Positions 47,709 to 56,766 of a stretch of 64,000 bases of DNA are shown piece after piece (position 1 is the stretch's first letter; every line of letters starts with the position of its first letter). The stretch lies in NCBI GenBank assembly GCA_964613785.1, contig CAZTJT010000023.1, positions 1,824 to 65,823 on the forward strand. Reading direction: 5' to 3'. The notes under the pieces were generated by a model. That model saw only the letters and a list, made by a program, of their open reading frames with translations. It was not told the DNA's origin and ran no database searches. This DNA comes from an uncultured Rikenellaceae bacterium. Lineage in GTDB: Bacteria; Bacteroidota; Bacteroidia; Bacteroidales; VadinHA17. The translations under genes were made by a program, and so were the position numbers.

Positions 47709-49619
47709 ATGATGAAATCGGTAATCCTGAATTCTCTTTTGGCTGTGATTCTGACAACCGGAATCATTTCATGTAAAAAGCCGGCACATATAATTTATGT
47801 CGAAGCTGAGAATTTCAGTCACAGGGGAGGATGGGTAATCGATCAGCAGTCGATTGACCTTATCGGATCTTCATACATTCTGGCACATGGACTCGGAGTG
47901 CCCGTTGAGGATGCTGAAACAACAATCGAAGTTCCATCGGCAGGTAATTATAAGGTATGGGTCCGTACCCGGAACTGGGTTGCCCCCTGGAATGAAGAAA
48001 TATCTCCCGGCAGGTTTCAGCTTGTTGTGGATGGCGTTCCGCTTGATGCAATATTTGGAACAAATGGCATCAAATGGCACTGGCAGAACGGAGGGCGGGT
48101 AAATCTGAACAAAGGAAAGACCAGGCTTTCATTACGCGATCTGACCGGCTTTGAAGGCAGATGCGATGCAATAATTTTTACAGATGATCCCGACCTGATT
48201 CCCCCGGAAAACAGAGATGAACTTTATGACTTCCGGAAAAATCTTGCAGGTCAAGCCATTGCTCCTGAAGATGCCGGCGAATATGATCTTGTGGTTGTTG
48301 GAGGAGGAGTCGCGGGATGCTGCGCTGCGTTGAGCGCTGCCAGATACGGCTGCAAAGTTGCTCTCATACAGAACCGCCCTGTGCTTGGCGGAAATAACAG
48401 CTCCGAGGTTCGTGTGGGACTGTCTGGATTAATTTACCAGCAGCCCTATCCTAAACTTGGCAGACTTGTCGACGAAATCGGATCAATTGGGCACTGGACC
48501 CTGTGGGAAGCAATCCGTGATCCTGACTCCCCAAGGAGCAGACATATACTGGAGGTGATTGAGAAGAATCCTGAAAAGAAGATTCACAACACCGGCCCTG
48601 CAAGCAACTATGGTGATGAAAAGAAACTGGCTGTAATTGAAGCTGAGCCCAACATAAACCTGTTCCTTAATACTCATGTATTCAGGGTTGAAATGGATGA
48701 AGAAAAAATTACCTCTGTAACAGGTAAAAATATTGTTTCAGGTAAAGAAATTATCGTTCGGGGTAAACTTTTTGCCGATTGTACGGGAGATGCTAATCTT
48801 GGATTTCTGGCAGGTGCGGATTACAGGATAGGCAGGGAAAGCAAGGATGAGACAGGCGAGAAATGGGCACCTGAGAAAAGCGACAGCCTTGTCATGGGTG
48901 CCTCTGTCCAGTGGTTCGCCGAATTAACCAGTGCTCCTTCATCATTCCCGGAATGTCCGTGGGCAGAACAGTTCGATGAAAATACTTCGTATAAGGTCAC
49001 CAGGGGTGACTGGGACTGGGAAACAGGCCTGACCCGAGATCAGATTAATGACATAGAGTTCATAAGGGATTACGCCTTCAGGGTCACCTATGGCAATTGG
49101 GATTTCATAAAAAACAAGAGCTCTGAAAGGCAGAAGTTTGAAAATTACAAGCTTGAATGGGTGGCATATATTGCCGGTAAAAGGGAATCAAGAAGACTGA
49201 TGGGAGATGTCATTTTAAGCGAACATGATATTCTGCAAAGAGTTGAATATCCTGATGCGTCTTTTACCACTACCTGGAATATTGACCTCCATTATCCCTA
49301 TAAGTTGAAGGATTTCAACGGAGAACCATTCAGAGCCTATGCCGAGACCCGGCCTATAGATCCGTACCCGGTCCCTTACAGATGCCTTTACTCAAGAAAC
49401 ATTGAAAATCTATTTATGGCAGGCAGGGACATCAGTGTAACTCATGTGGCATTGGGAACGGTAAGAGTCATGCGGACAGGAGGGATGATGGGAGAAGTGG
49501 TGGGCATGGCGGCTTCATTGTGCAGAAAATATGATGTACTTCCAAGGGATATTTACAAAATTTATCTTGAAGAATTGAAGAACCTTATGAAGGATGGAGT
49601 TCCTTCCAGACAGGATTAA
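47709..49619 (+). CDS. FAD-dependent oxidoreductase (PF12831-like) lipoprotein with an N-terminal beta-sandwich domain
   Basis: Lipobox GIISC; EAENF...GGW...YILAHG N-domain; VVGGGVAG, LGGNNSSE, DCTGD, KRESRR, AGRDIS.TH...RVM. Confidence 0.88.
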   Translation: MMKSVILNSLLAVILTTGIISCKKPAHIIYVEAENFSHRGGWVIDQQSIDLIGSSYILAHGLGVPVEDAETTIEVPSAGNYKVWVRTRNWVAPWNEEISPGRFQLVVDGVPLDAIFGTNGIKWHWQNGGRVNLNKGKTRLSLRDLTGFEGRCDAIIFTDDPDLIPPENRDELYDFRKNLAGQAIAPEDAGEYDLVVVGGGVAGCCAALSAARYGCKVALIQNRPVLGGNNSSEVRVGLSGLIYQQPYPKLGRLVDEIGSIGHWTLWEAIRDPDSPRSRHILEVIEKNPEKKIHNTGPASNYGDEKKLAVIEAEPNINLFLNTHVFRVEMDEEKITSVTGKNIVSGKEIIVRGKLFADCTGDANLGFLAGADYRIGRESKDETGEKWAPEKSDSLVMGASVQWFAELTSAPSSFPECPWAEQFDENTSYKVTRGDWDWETGLTRDQINDIEFIRDYAFRVTYGNWDFIKNKSSERQKFENYKLEWVAYIAGKRESRRLMGDVILSEHDILQRVEYPDASFTTTWNIDLHYPYKLKDFNGEPFRAYAETRPIDPYPVPYRCLYSRNIENLFMAGRDISVTHVALGTVRVMRTGGMMGEVVGMAASLCRKYDVLPRDIYKIYLEELKNLMKDGVPSRQD

Positions 49620-49653
49620 TTTATTTGTTGTAACTAATCCATATTTCATTATA

Positions 49654-51444
49654 ATGAGAAATCCGTTTTTCGTAAGTGTATTTTTTTTGATCCTTGCATA
49701 CTCTTGTTCACAGGATAATTACAGGCTGCTTATTGAGGCCGAGAACTTTGATTCCAAAGGAGGATGGCTGGTCGATCCTCAGTTTGTTGAACAGATGGGA
49801 TCACCATATCTTCTGGCACATGGGCTCGGGGTTCCTGTGGAAGACGCAAGGACCGTTGCATCTCTTCCATCGGATGGCAGATATCGGGTTTGGGTAAGGA
49901 CAAAAAACTGGGCTCCAGGGGAATGGGAAGCTCCTGGTCGCTTTCAGATAGCTGTCAATGGGGAAGTCATAGAAGCTGTCCTCGGAACGGAAGAGGGCTG
50001 GGGGTGGCAGCTTGCCGGCTCAGTCAGATGCAATGGCACCAAAGTGACAGTTGAACTTAAAGACCTTACCGGTTTCGAAGCGCGATGCGATGCTGTTTAT
50101 TTTACCTCGGGGAAAGATATCCCCCCTGATGATCCCAAAGAGTTGTCGCAATGGAGGAGAGATCTCCTCGGAGAGGATGAAGAACCGCCACTGAGCAAAT
50201 CATTTGATCTGGTAGTTGTTGGAGGAGGAATAGCCGGCTGTGCAGCATCGATTTCTGCAGCAGAACAGGGATTAAAAGTGGCATTGATACACGACCGGCC
50301 CATACTTGGCGGCAACGCCAGCAGCGAGATACGAGTACATACAGAAGGGATTACCTGGAAATACAACAGGATCCTCAAAATGCTGAATACTGTATGGTGG
50401 CCCAATGGTTCGCCTGATGCTGTATATGATGATAAAAAGAGGCATGAAAATATCGAAAAATATACGGGTATTTCATTATTCCTGAACTGGAGAGCCTATA
50501 CGACCAATGTTTCAGAGGATTCAATAACCTCGGTAGATGCCCGCCATACCTCATCGGGTGAAAAAATACGATTCACTGCACCATTGTTTGTCGATTGTAC
50601 AGGCGACGGATGGATAGGCTACTGGGCCGGTGCCGATTATTTTTATGGCAGGGAGGATTCTGCATTATATCATGAAAACTGGGAGCTGTACAAGGAATTA
50701 TGGAGCCCGGCGAAAGCTGATGGGAGAGTTATGGGGTCATCGGTATTATGGAGAACCATCGACAAAGGAACCCCGGTAACATTTCCTGAGGTGCCATGGG
50801 CTTTGGCAGTTGCAGGCGATTATGCTGCAACAATGGGCACATGGAACTGGGAGTATTCAGATGACAATGTGCATCAAATAGATGATGCTGAACAGATCAG
50901 GGACCATATGCTTAAGGCAATTTACGGTTCTTTTTATAATGCAAAGCGAAAGCCTGAAAATATAAACCTGGACCTGGAATGGACCTCATACCTTTTAGGA
51001 AAAAGGGAATCGAGAAGACTGGCAGGAGACTACATTTATACTTTTGATGATGAAAGAAATATGCGAGAGTTCCCTGACGCTGTAGTAATGGAAAAAAGAG
51101 ATATCGACGTCCATTACCAGCAAAACCTTCTGGATCCGGATAAACCCGATTTCCTGTCGGAGGCTCTTTATTACAGGCTCGATCACTATTATATCCCTTA
51201 CCGGTCGCTTTATTCGAGGAACATTAAGAATCTTTTTATGGCAGGCAGATGTTTCAGCAGCTCGCATGTAGGGCTGGGAGGTCCAAGAGTAATGCACACA
51301 ACCGGCCAGATGGGAGCCGCAGTAGGCTATGCAGCATCAATATGCAGGAAGTATAATACTAATCCGCGGGGAGTCTCTTCAGAATACCTTGATGAACTGA
51401 AGCATCTGATTGAAAACTCCGACAAAGAAACAACCTTTAAGTGA
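49654..51444 (+). CDS. Second, paralogous FAD-dependent oxidoreductase lipoprotein
   Basis: ATG 49654; lipobox AYSC; same N-domain and VVGGGIAG, LGGNASSE, DCTGD, KRESRR, AGRCFS.SH motifs. Confidence 0.88.
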   Translation: MRNPFFVSVFFLILAYSCSQDNYRLLIEAENFDSKGGWLVDPQFVEQMGSPYLLAHGLGVPVEDARTVASLPSDGRYRVWVRTKNWAPGEWEAPGRFQIAVNGEVIEAVLGTEEGWGWQLAGSVRCNGTKVTVELKDLTGFEARCDAVYFTSGKDIPPDDPKELSQWRRDLLGEDEEPPLSKSFDLVVVGGGIAGCAASISAAEQGLKVALIHDRPILGGNASSEIRVHTEGITWKYNRILKMLNTVWWPNGSPDAVYDDKKRHENIEKYTGISLFLNWRAYTTNVSEDSITSVDARHTSSGEKIRFTAPLFVDCTGDGWIGYWAGADYFYGREDSALYHENWELYKELWSPAKADGRVMGSSVLWRTIDKGTPVTFPEVPWALAVAGDYAATMGTWNWEYSDDNVHQIDDAEQIRDHMLKAIYGSFYNAKRKPENINLDLEWTSYLLGKRESRRLAGDYIYTFDDERNMREFPDAVVMEKRDIDVHYQQNLLDPDKPDFLSEALYYRLDHYYIPYRSLYSRNIKNLFMAGRCFSSSHVGLGGPRVMHTTGQMGAAVGYAASICRKYNTNPRGVSSEYLDELKHLIENSDKETTFK

Positions 51445-51472
51445 GATATATCTTTTTCTTAAATATCTCCTT

Positions 51473-52474
51473 CTAGCGGGGCACCGCATATTTCCTTATA
51501 TATTCTTCGACGGGTGATGAACTGTCATAAATATGATTGTCGAATGGTATATCAGTCTGGTAATGATATCCTTCAGCCCATTCGAACCCGTATTTTTCAC
51601 CCAGCTTTTTGTTCTCGTTGAAAACAAATGCTTTTGCATAGTTGAAATTTGCCGTGTGATCATCTCCATCCAGAATAGGTAATCTTTTACCTTCCTTTGC
51701 AAGCCTTTCCCTTAATTTTACTCCGTTATTTCCGGCAGGACCCTTTGCAATATTTAGAAGATTTGCTTCTATCTTTCTGTCGATATAATCGCTGATGTCA
51801 ACTATCAGATTGTTGGTCTGCCCTGCACGGGAATAATAATATCTTTCTTTTGGTGTATAAGGTCCTATTCCGAAAGCAAAATGTTCAGGATAATCATTTG
51901 CTCCGGCAATCCATCTTGCAGCTTCTACGGCAAGACCTGTAACATAATGATCAGGATTTTCTTCATAGTGTCCCCATGGATCCATGCATACAATGGTATC
52001 AACCTTAAGGGCTCTGATAAGGAAGATGAACCTTTGCTTGAGATCCTGGATGCCAATACTGTCGAGCTGATGATGCGGCATAAGCAACTCAAATGATCCT
52101 TTCATTCCGTAGAAATCAGCAATGTTCTGGTTGTCAATTCTGTTCTGTTTATATTCACCTTCACCCCTTGCATCGTCTGTTACAGAACATAAATATCCGG
52201 TGTAGCCTTCATCCATCAGCTTGGCAATCAGACCACCAGCCGATAGGGGAATGTCATCGGAGTGAGGTTGTATTGCCAGCAGAACCTTGCCCTTATGGGG
52301 TTTGCCCTTTACTGACCTTTCTATCATCACCTCAGAATAGTCAACGTCATACCCCCATGGTACTTTCGTTTTCGGATCAAACTTATTCTGATTGCCTGTT
52401 GCTGACAGCCATGCAGTAGCTCCGCCAAGGGTGCCTGTAGCCAGTCCTTTCTGCAAAAATTCTTTACGTTTCAT
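51473..52474 (-). CDS. PIG-L/LmbE family deacetylase with a Tat-like leader
   Basis: KRKEFL leader (RK variant); QPHSDD and NPDH Zn/catalytic motifs. ATG 52474 is chosen because it gives the same leader spacing as the next gene; 52477 is the alternative. Confidence 0.85.
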   Translation of the reverse strand: MKRKEFLQKGLATGTLGGATAWLSATGNQNKFDPKTKVPWGYDVDYSEVMIERSVKGKPHKGKVLLAIQPHSDDIPLSAGGLIAKLMDEGYTGYLCSVTDDARGEGEYKQNRIDNQNIADFYGMKGSFELLMPHHQLDSIGIQDLKQRFIFLIRALKVDTIVCMDPWGHYEENPDHYVTGLAVEAARWIAGANDYPEHFAFGIGPYTPKERYYYSRAGQTNNLIVDISDYIDRKIEANLLNIAKGPAGNNGVKLRERLAKEGKRLPILDGDDHTANFNYAKAFVFNENKKLGEKYGFEWAEGYHYQTDIPFDNHIYDSSSPVEEYIRKYAVPR

Positions 52475-52503
52475 CATAATATAATTTTGATTTTAAAGGT
52501 ATG

Positions 52504-52572
52504 ATGGAACCACACATGTTTTATAAAATTATATTTATGAGTGTTTGTGTTTGCAAAACATGTGGGTTTCAT
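52504..52572 (-). repeat. Leader hairpin, copy A
   Basis: Arms ATGGAACCACACATGTTTT (52504-52522) and AAAACATGTGGGTTTCAT (52555-52572), 32-nt AT-rich loop. Confidence 0.8.
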
Positions 52573-52622
52573 AAAATTAATTTTTAGGTAATTCTTTGTT
52601 TCAATATGTTAATTTTTTCCAA

Positions 52623-54167
52623 TTATTTGGGTACAATACCTGTAGGCTGACCAATTGTAAATCGTCCGCTCCAGAGATGGTCTGAGGAACGTTTGTCATT
52701 CCATTCCTTTGTAGGGGCAAAATAGTTCCTGTCGGTCGGGTATAAATGCCTTTTCACCTCATCTTCATTCAGCTCAATGCCCAGCCCGGGGGCGGAGTCA
52801 GGCACAATGGCAAATCCTTTTTCAGTAAGCTTCCTCCCGTCGGTAGTTTTAACCAGGTTTTCCCACCATGGGTTGTCGACAGCCTGGGTGGTCATTTCAA
52901 GCGCAAGGAAATTCTGGGTGGCTGCTGCGCAGTGTACGCTGGCCATAAAGCCTACTGGAGAACTGGAGCAATGCATGGCCATGGCAATTCCTTTTTCCTC
53001 TGCATAATCACCGATCTTTTTCGTTTCCATAATTCCTCCCGCGGTATGCAGGTCGGGATGGACTATATCTACTGCATGATTATCGCATAGTCTGATGAAT
53101 TCCTCTTTGAGGTATATATCCTCACCTGTAAGTGTGGGAGTTTCCAAAGCATCCGACAGGACTTTAAGCTGACCTGTCATTTCCCAGGAGAGCATGTCCT
53201 CGAGCCAGGCGAGCCGGTAAGGTTCCAAAGCCTTTCCCACCCTTATGCAGTTATTAATATCATAATTGCCAAATCCGTCGGCCGACAATGGAATTTCATT
53301 TCCTGTAACACTTCTTATGAATTCAACATACCTGGCAAGTTCCGCAAGCCCCTTGTCGGTGATCTGAAGCTGAGTAAATGGCTGCTTGGTGCGGTTATAT
53401 GAAGTAATATCAGTGTATTTGGGATCGGCCCAGAATTTTGAATTGACCGTTATGCCGGGTATGTGGCTGATGGTTTCAAGGCTGGGATAGAACTTAAGCC
53501 AGGTATAGCCTTGTTGTTCAATACGTTCCTTTACATCCGCCTTGAATTTGCCGACATCCATATTAGCCCAGTTGTGCACCGGAATATAGGAATACAATCT
53601 TACCCTGTCGCGATATCTTCCCCCCAGAAGCTGCCAGCATGGAACACCGTATGCTTTACCCGCAAGATCCCATAAGGCCATCTCAACAGCACTTACACCA
53701 CCCCCCTGACGTCCGTGAAATCCAAACTGCTTAATTATCTTGAATAGCATTTCAACGTTGCATGGATTTTCACCAAGGATACGGCTCTTGAGCATCAGTG
53801 CATACCTTTCGTCGGCTGCATCCCTTACTTCTCCCAATCCGTATATTCCCTGGTTCGTATCGATCCTGATAAGCGGATTACGGGATCCGTCATCGGCCAG
53901 TTGAAGCACGCAATAGCGCATATCAGTTATTCTCAGTTCGGAAGGACTCGAGGAACGGCTGACATTCGAAGTGGTCCGGGCAATTAGTTCTTCTTCGTCA
54001 GAGAACATATAGGGAGCCAGTGATATTCCGCCTAAAAATGCTCCGGTCTTCTGCAGGAACCGCCGGCGATCAATTCCGTTAGTGGAATCAGGATTTTCTC
54101 TCATCGGGAAGCCAGCCTCTGTATATTCTTTGTTCGGCTGTAACAGATTTTTTAGGATGTTTTTCAT
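52623..54167 (-). CDS. Mandelate racemase/muconate lactonizing (enolase superfamily) enzyme with a twin-arginine leader
   Basis: DRRRFL; GLGEVRD, SAVEMALWDLAGKAYGVP, WLED, TGED, HPD. Confidence 0.9.
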   Translation of the reverse strand: MKNILKNLLQPNKEYTEAGFPMRENPDSTNGIDRRRFLQKTGAFLGGISLAPYMFSDEEELIARTTSNVSRSSSPSELRITDMRYCVLQLADDGSRNPLIRIDTNQGIYGLGEVRDAADERYALMLKSRILGENPCNVEMLFKIIKQFGFHGRQGGGVSAVEMALWDLAGKAYGVPCWQLLGGRYRDRVRLYSYIPVHNWANMDVGKFKADVKERIEQQGYTWLKFYPSLETISHIPGITVNSKFWADPKYTDITSYNRTKQPFTQLQITDKGLAELARYVEFIRSVTGNEIPLSADGFGNYDINNCIRVGKALEPYRLAWLEDMLSWEMTGQLKVLSDALETPTLTGEDIYLKEEFIRLCDNHAVDIVHPDLHTAGGIMETKKIGDYAEEKGIAMAMHCSSSPVGFMASVHCAAATQNFLALEMTTQAVDNPWWENLVKTTDGRKLTEKGFAIVPDSAPGLGIELNEDEVKRHLYPTDRNYFAPTKEWNDKRSSDHLWSGRFTIGQPTGIVPK

Positions 54168-54196
54168 ACGTATATAATTTTGATTTTAATGGTCGT

Positions 54197-54270
54197 ATGG
54201 AACCACACATGATTGAAAGTTAATTGTTTTCATTTTCTTATGTGATTTTGGTCAATCATGTGGGTTTCAT
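54197..54270 (-). repeat. Leader hairpin, copy B
   Basis: Arms ATGGAACCACACATGATTGA (54197-54216) and TCAATCATGTGGGTTTCAT (54252-54270), 35-nt loop. Confidence 0.8.
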
Positions 54271-54614
54271 GCCTGAATGATTTTATTGGGTTTTGATTTG
54301 CTATTGTGGACTGTTCATATAAATTTATTAAAGTCCTGAAATTAGGGACCACTTATTATGAAGATTGGCTATGGTTTTTATCATATAGTTTTACAGAGTT
54401 GTGCGGAGAAAACGCAGAGTTGAACAGAGACGTAATACCTTGTAACTACTGCATTAACAACTACTATCTCAGAGGTCTGGGTAAAATGGTTGCAAATTTC
54501 TTTCAGGAAGAATTAGCTTTGGTTCAGTTCCAGTTCAATTAATTTATTTCGCAAGTATTTATTAAATTGTACATTATTTAACCTTTCCGGATCCCGGATT
54601 AAAACCTAAGCGAT

Positions 54615-56753
54615 ATGAAACTCATTTCTTCCTTAATTTTCAAATCTTTAAGGATCGCACTTCCCATGCTGATCTTATTGGTATTTGGCGGCTGCCACAA
54701 TACAGCAAATGATGTCCGCGAATACGGATGGTTTGATTTTGTTATTCCTGATTCTGACACGATTCAGAATGATGTCGACATGTCATTCCTGAATGAGCCT
54801 CAGGCTGGGGCATCGGGTTTTGTTACGGTTAAAGACGGGCATTTTATCGACGGCAAAGGTGACAGAATCCGTTTTTTCGGAACCAATCTTACATTCGGCT
54901 CATGCTTCCCCGACAAGGAGACTGCTGCAGAAATTGCCGGAAGGCTCAGAAAGCTAGGGATGAATGTTGTAAGGTTTCATCATATGGATAACCAGTCAGC
55001 GCCAAACGGGATCTGGGACAAGGATAAAAAAGACCTTGACCCGGGACAGCTTGAAAAACTAGACTGGCTGATCTACCAGCTTAAAATCCATGGTATCTAC
55101 AGCAACATAAACACCCATGTATCATACATCTATCCGGGTGTGGACTATAAAGATATTGAACATTTCAATTACGGTAAAGGGATAGACAATTTTTACAGGC
55201 CATATATTGAGATGCAGAAAATTTATGCCGAAAAGCTTCTTAAGCACGTCAATTCCTATACGGGAAATGCTTACACTGATGAACCTGCTGTTGCGTTTGT
55301 TGAGATAAACAATGAAAACTCGCTGCTTTCAAACTGGGCTGTGCTTCCGAAACTTAACAGGGAGCACATGAAAAGCCTCCTTTCCCAATGGAATACATGG
55401 TTGAGGTCCAATCCGGAATATCCAAAAAGAGAGGGATTCACCAATGATCTGATGGATATCATTACAAATTACAGCACAAAATCAACAACCGCCAGGGAGA
55501 CCATGTGGGCTTTCCTGATGGATACCGAAATTTCCTACGCAAAGGAGATGACGGATTTTCTGAAAAATAAACTTAATGTCAAGGCTCTGGTTTCTGAATC
55601 CCAGGCCTCATATAGTGGTGCTGCAGGTGTTTTAAGAGAGGCGGAATCAGCAGATTTTATTGACATGCATGCTTACTGGGAACACCCTTCCTTCCCTGGC
55701 CGGATCTGGTCTTCAACAGAATGGTTGATCAGAAACTCATCAATGGTATCAGACAGGATGGGAGGAACACTGCTTTCCTTCGGTCTTCACAGGGTGGAAG
55801 GGATGCCCCTTACCATAAGTGAATACGATCATCCGGCTCCCAGCTTCTATTGCGCCGAGATGTTCCCGATGATTAATTCCGTTTCAGCATTCCAGGATTT
55901 CGATGGGATTTATCATTTTACCTTTAACAGGCCCTACGATCAGGGAAGAATAAATAATTTCTTTTCCAGCGCGGGGCATCCCCTTAAGCAGGTATTCGTG
56001 CCTGCGGGTGCAGTTCTCTTCAGGATGGGTGCAGTTCGGTCGGGCCAGCAGAAGGTCAGTCTCAATATGCCCCGTGATGCCGTCCTCGGTGAACTGGCAG
56101 AATCAGGAAGTGAACTGAGACTACACAGGTCAAACATGAAAAGCGTCTGGAAGAAATACGGAGCTCATGAATCACTGATAGCACTACACCCAATGAGCGT
56201 TAACCTTCAAGCTTCGAAACCGGGGCTTTCCGGTTCTGTCACAGATCCGGAAGGTGTCTGGGAAAGCGAAACCGGCGAGATAATATGGGATAACACTGAT
56301 TCATCAAATGCGGTATTCAAGGTAAAAACACCTTCAGCCAGGGTCGCTGCCGGTTATATCGGAGGGAAAGCCATTGAACTAGAAAATGTAACAGTGGAAA
56401 TGGATACCACCCCTTTTAACTGGGCCACTGTTGCAATAACCTCACTCGACGGCAAACCATTGGAAGAATCATCCAGAATATTGCTTGTCGCTGCAGGAAG
56501 GGCTGAAAACACGGCGATGAAGTGGAATGAGGAAAAAACCACAGTAGGAACCGGATGGGGCGACGCCCCAACAAGGGTTGAAGGCATTCCTGCCAGATTG
56601 ATATTCAGGGATATGGATAAATTCAGAGTGCATTCACTCGATCCCGCAGGAAACAGGAATACAGAGGTACCCGTATTCAAAAGGGGCAAAAATCAGTCAT
56701 TCAGTATAGGAGCCCAGTATAAAACATTATGGTATATCATCGTAAGAGAGTGA
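54615..56753 (+). CDS. GH5-like (clan GH-A) glycoside hydrolase lipoprotein of uncertain subfamily
   Basis: Lipobox FGGC; RFFGTN, NVVRFHH, EINNE (acid/base), DMHAYW, ISEY (nucleophile), QDFDG; C-terminal beta domain. Confidence 0.75.
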   Translation: MKLISSLIFKSLRIALPMLILLVFGGCHNTANDVREYGWFDFVIPDSDTIQNDVDMSFLNEPQAGASGFVTVKDGHFIDGKGDRIRFFGTNLTFGSCFPDKETAAEIAGRLRKLGMNVVRFHHMDNQSAPNGIWDKDKKDLDPGQLEKLDWLIYQLKIHGIYSNINTHVSYIYPGVDYKDIEHFNYGKGIDNFYRPYIEMQKIYAEKLLKHVNSYTGNAYTDEPAVAFVEINNENSLLSNWAVLPKLNREHMKSLLSQWNTWLRSNPEYPKREGFTNDLMDIITNYSTKSTTARETMWAFLMDTEISYAKEMTDFLKNKLNVKALVSESQASYSGAAGVLREAESADFIDMHAYWEHPSFPGRIWSSTEWLIRNSSMVSDRMGGTLLSFGLHRVEGMPLTISEYDHPAPSFYCAEMFPMINSVSAFQDFDGIYHFTFNRPYDQGRINNFFSSAGHPLKQVFVPAGAVLFRMGAVRSGQQKVSLNMPRDAVLGELAESGSELRLHRSNMKSVWKKYGAHESLIALHPMSVNLQASKPGLSGSVTDPEGVWESETGEIIWDNTDSSNAVFKVKTPSARVAAGYIGGKAIELENVTVEMDTTPFNWATVAITSLDGKPLEESSRILLVAAGRAENTAMKWNEEKTTVGTGWGDAPTRVEGIPARLIFRDMDKFRVHSLDPAGNRNTEVPVFKRGKNQSFSIGAQYKTLWYIIVRE

Positions 56754-56766
56754 CATGTACATAATG

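Noticed and set aside
54306-54542. 78-aa plus-strand ORF
   Set aside because: TTG-type start, spans the periodic repeat at 54391-54430 and AT-rich promoter DNA; likely spurious.
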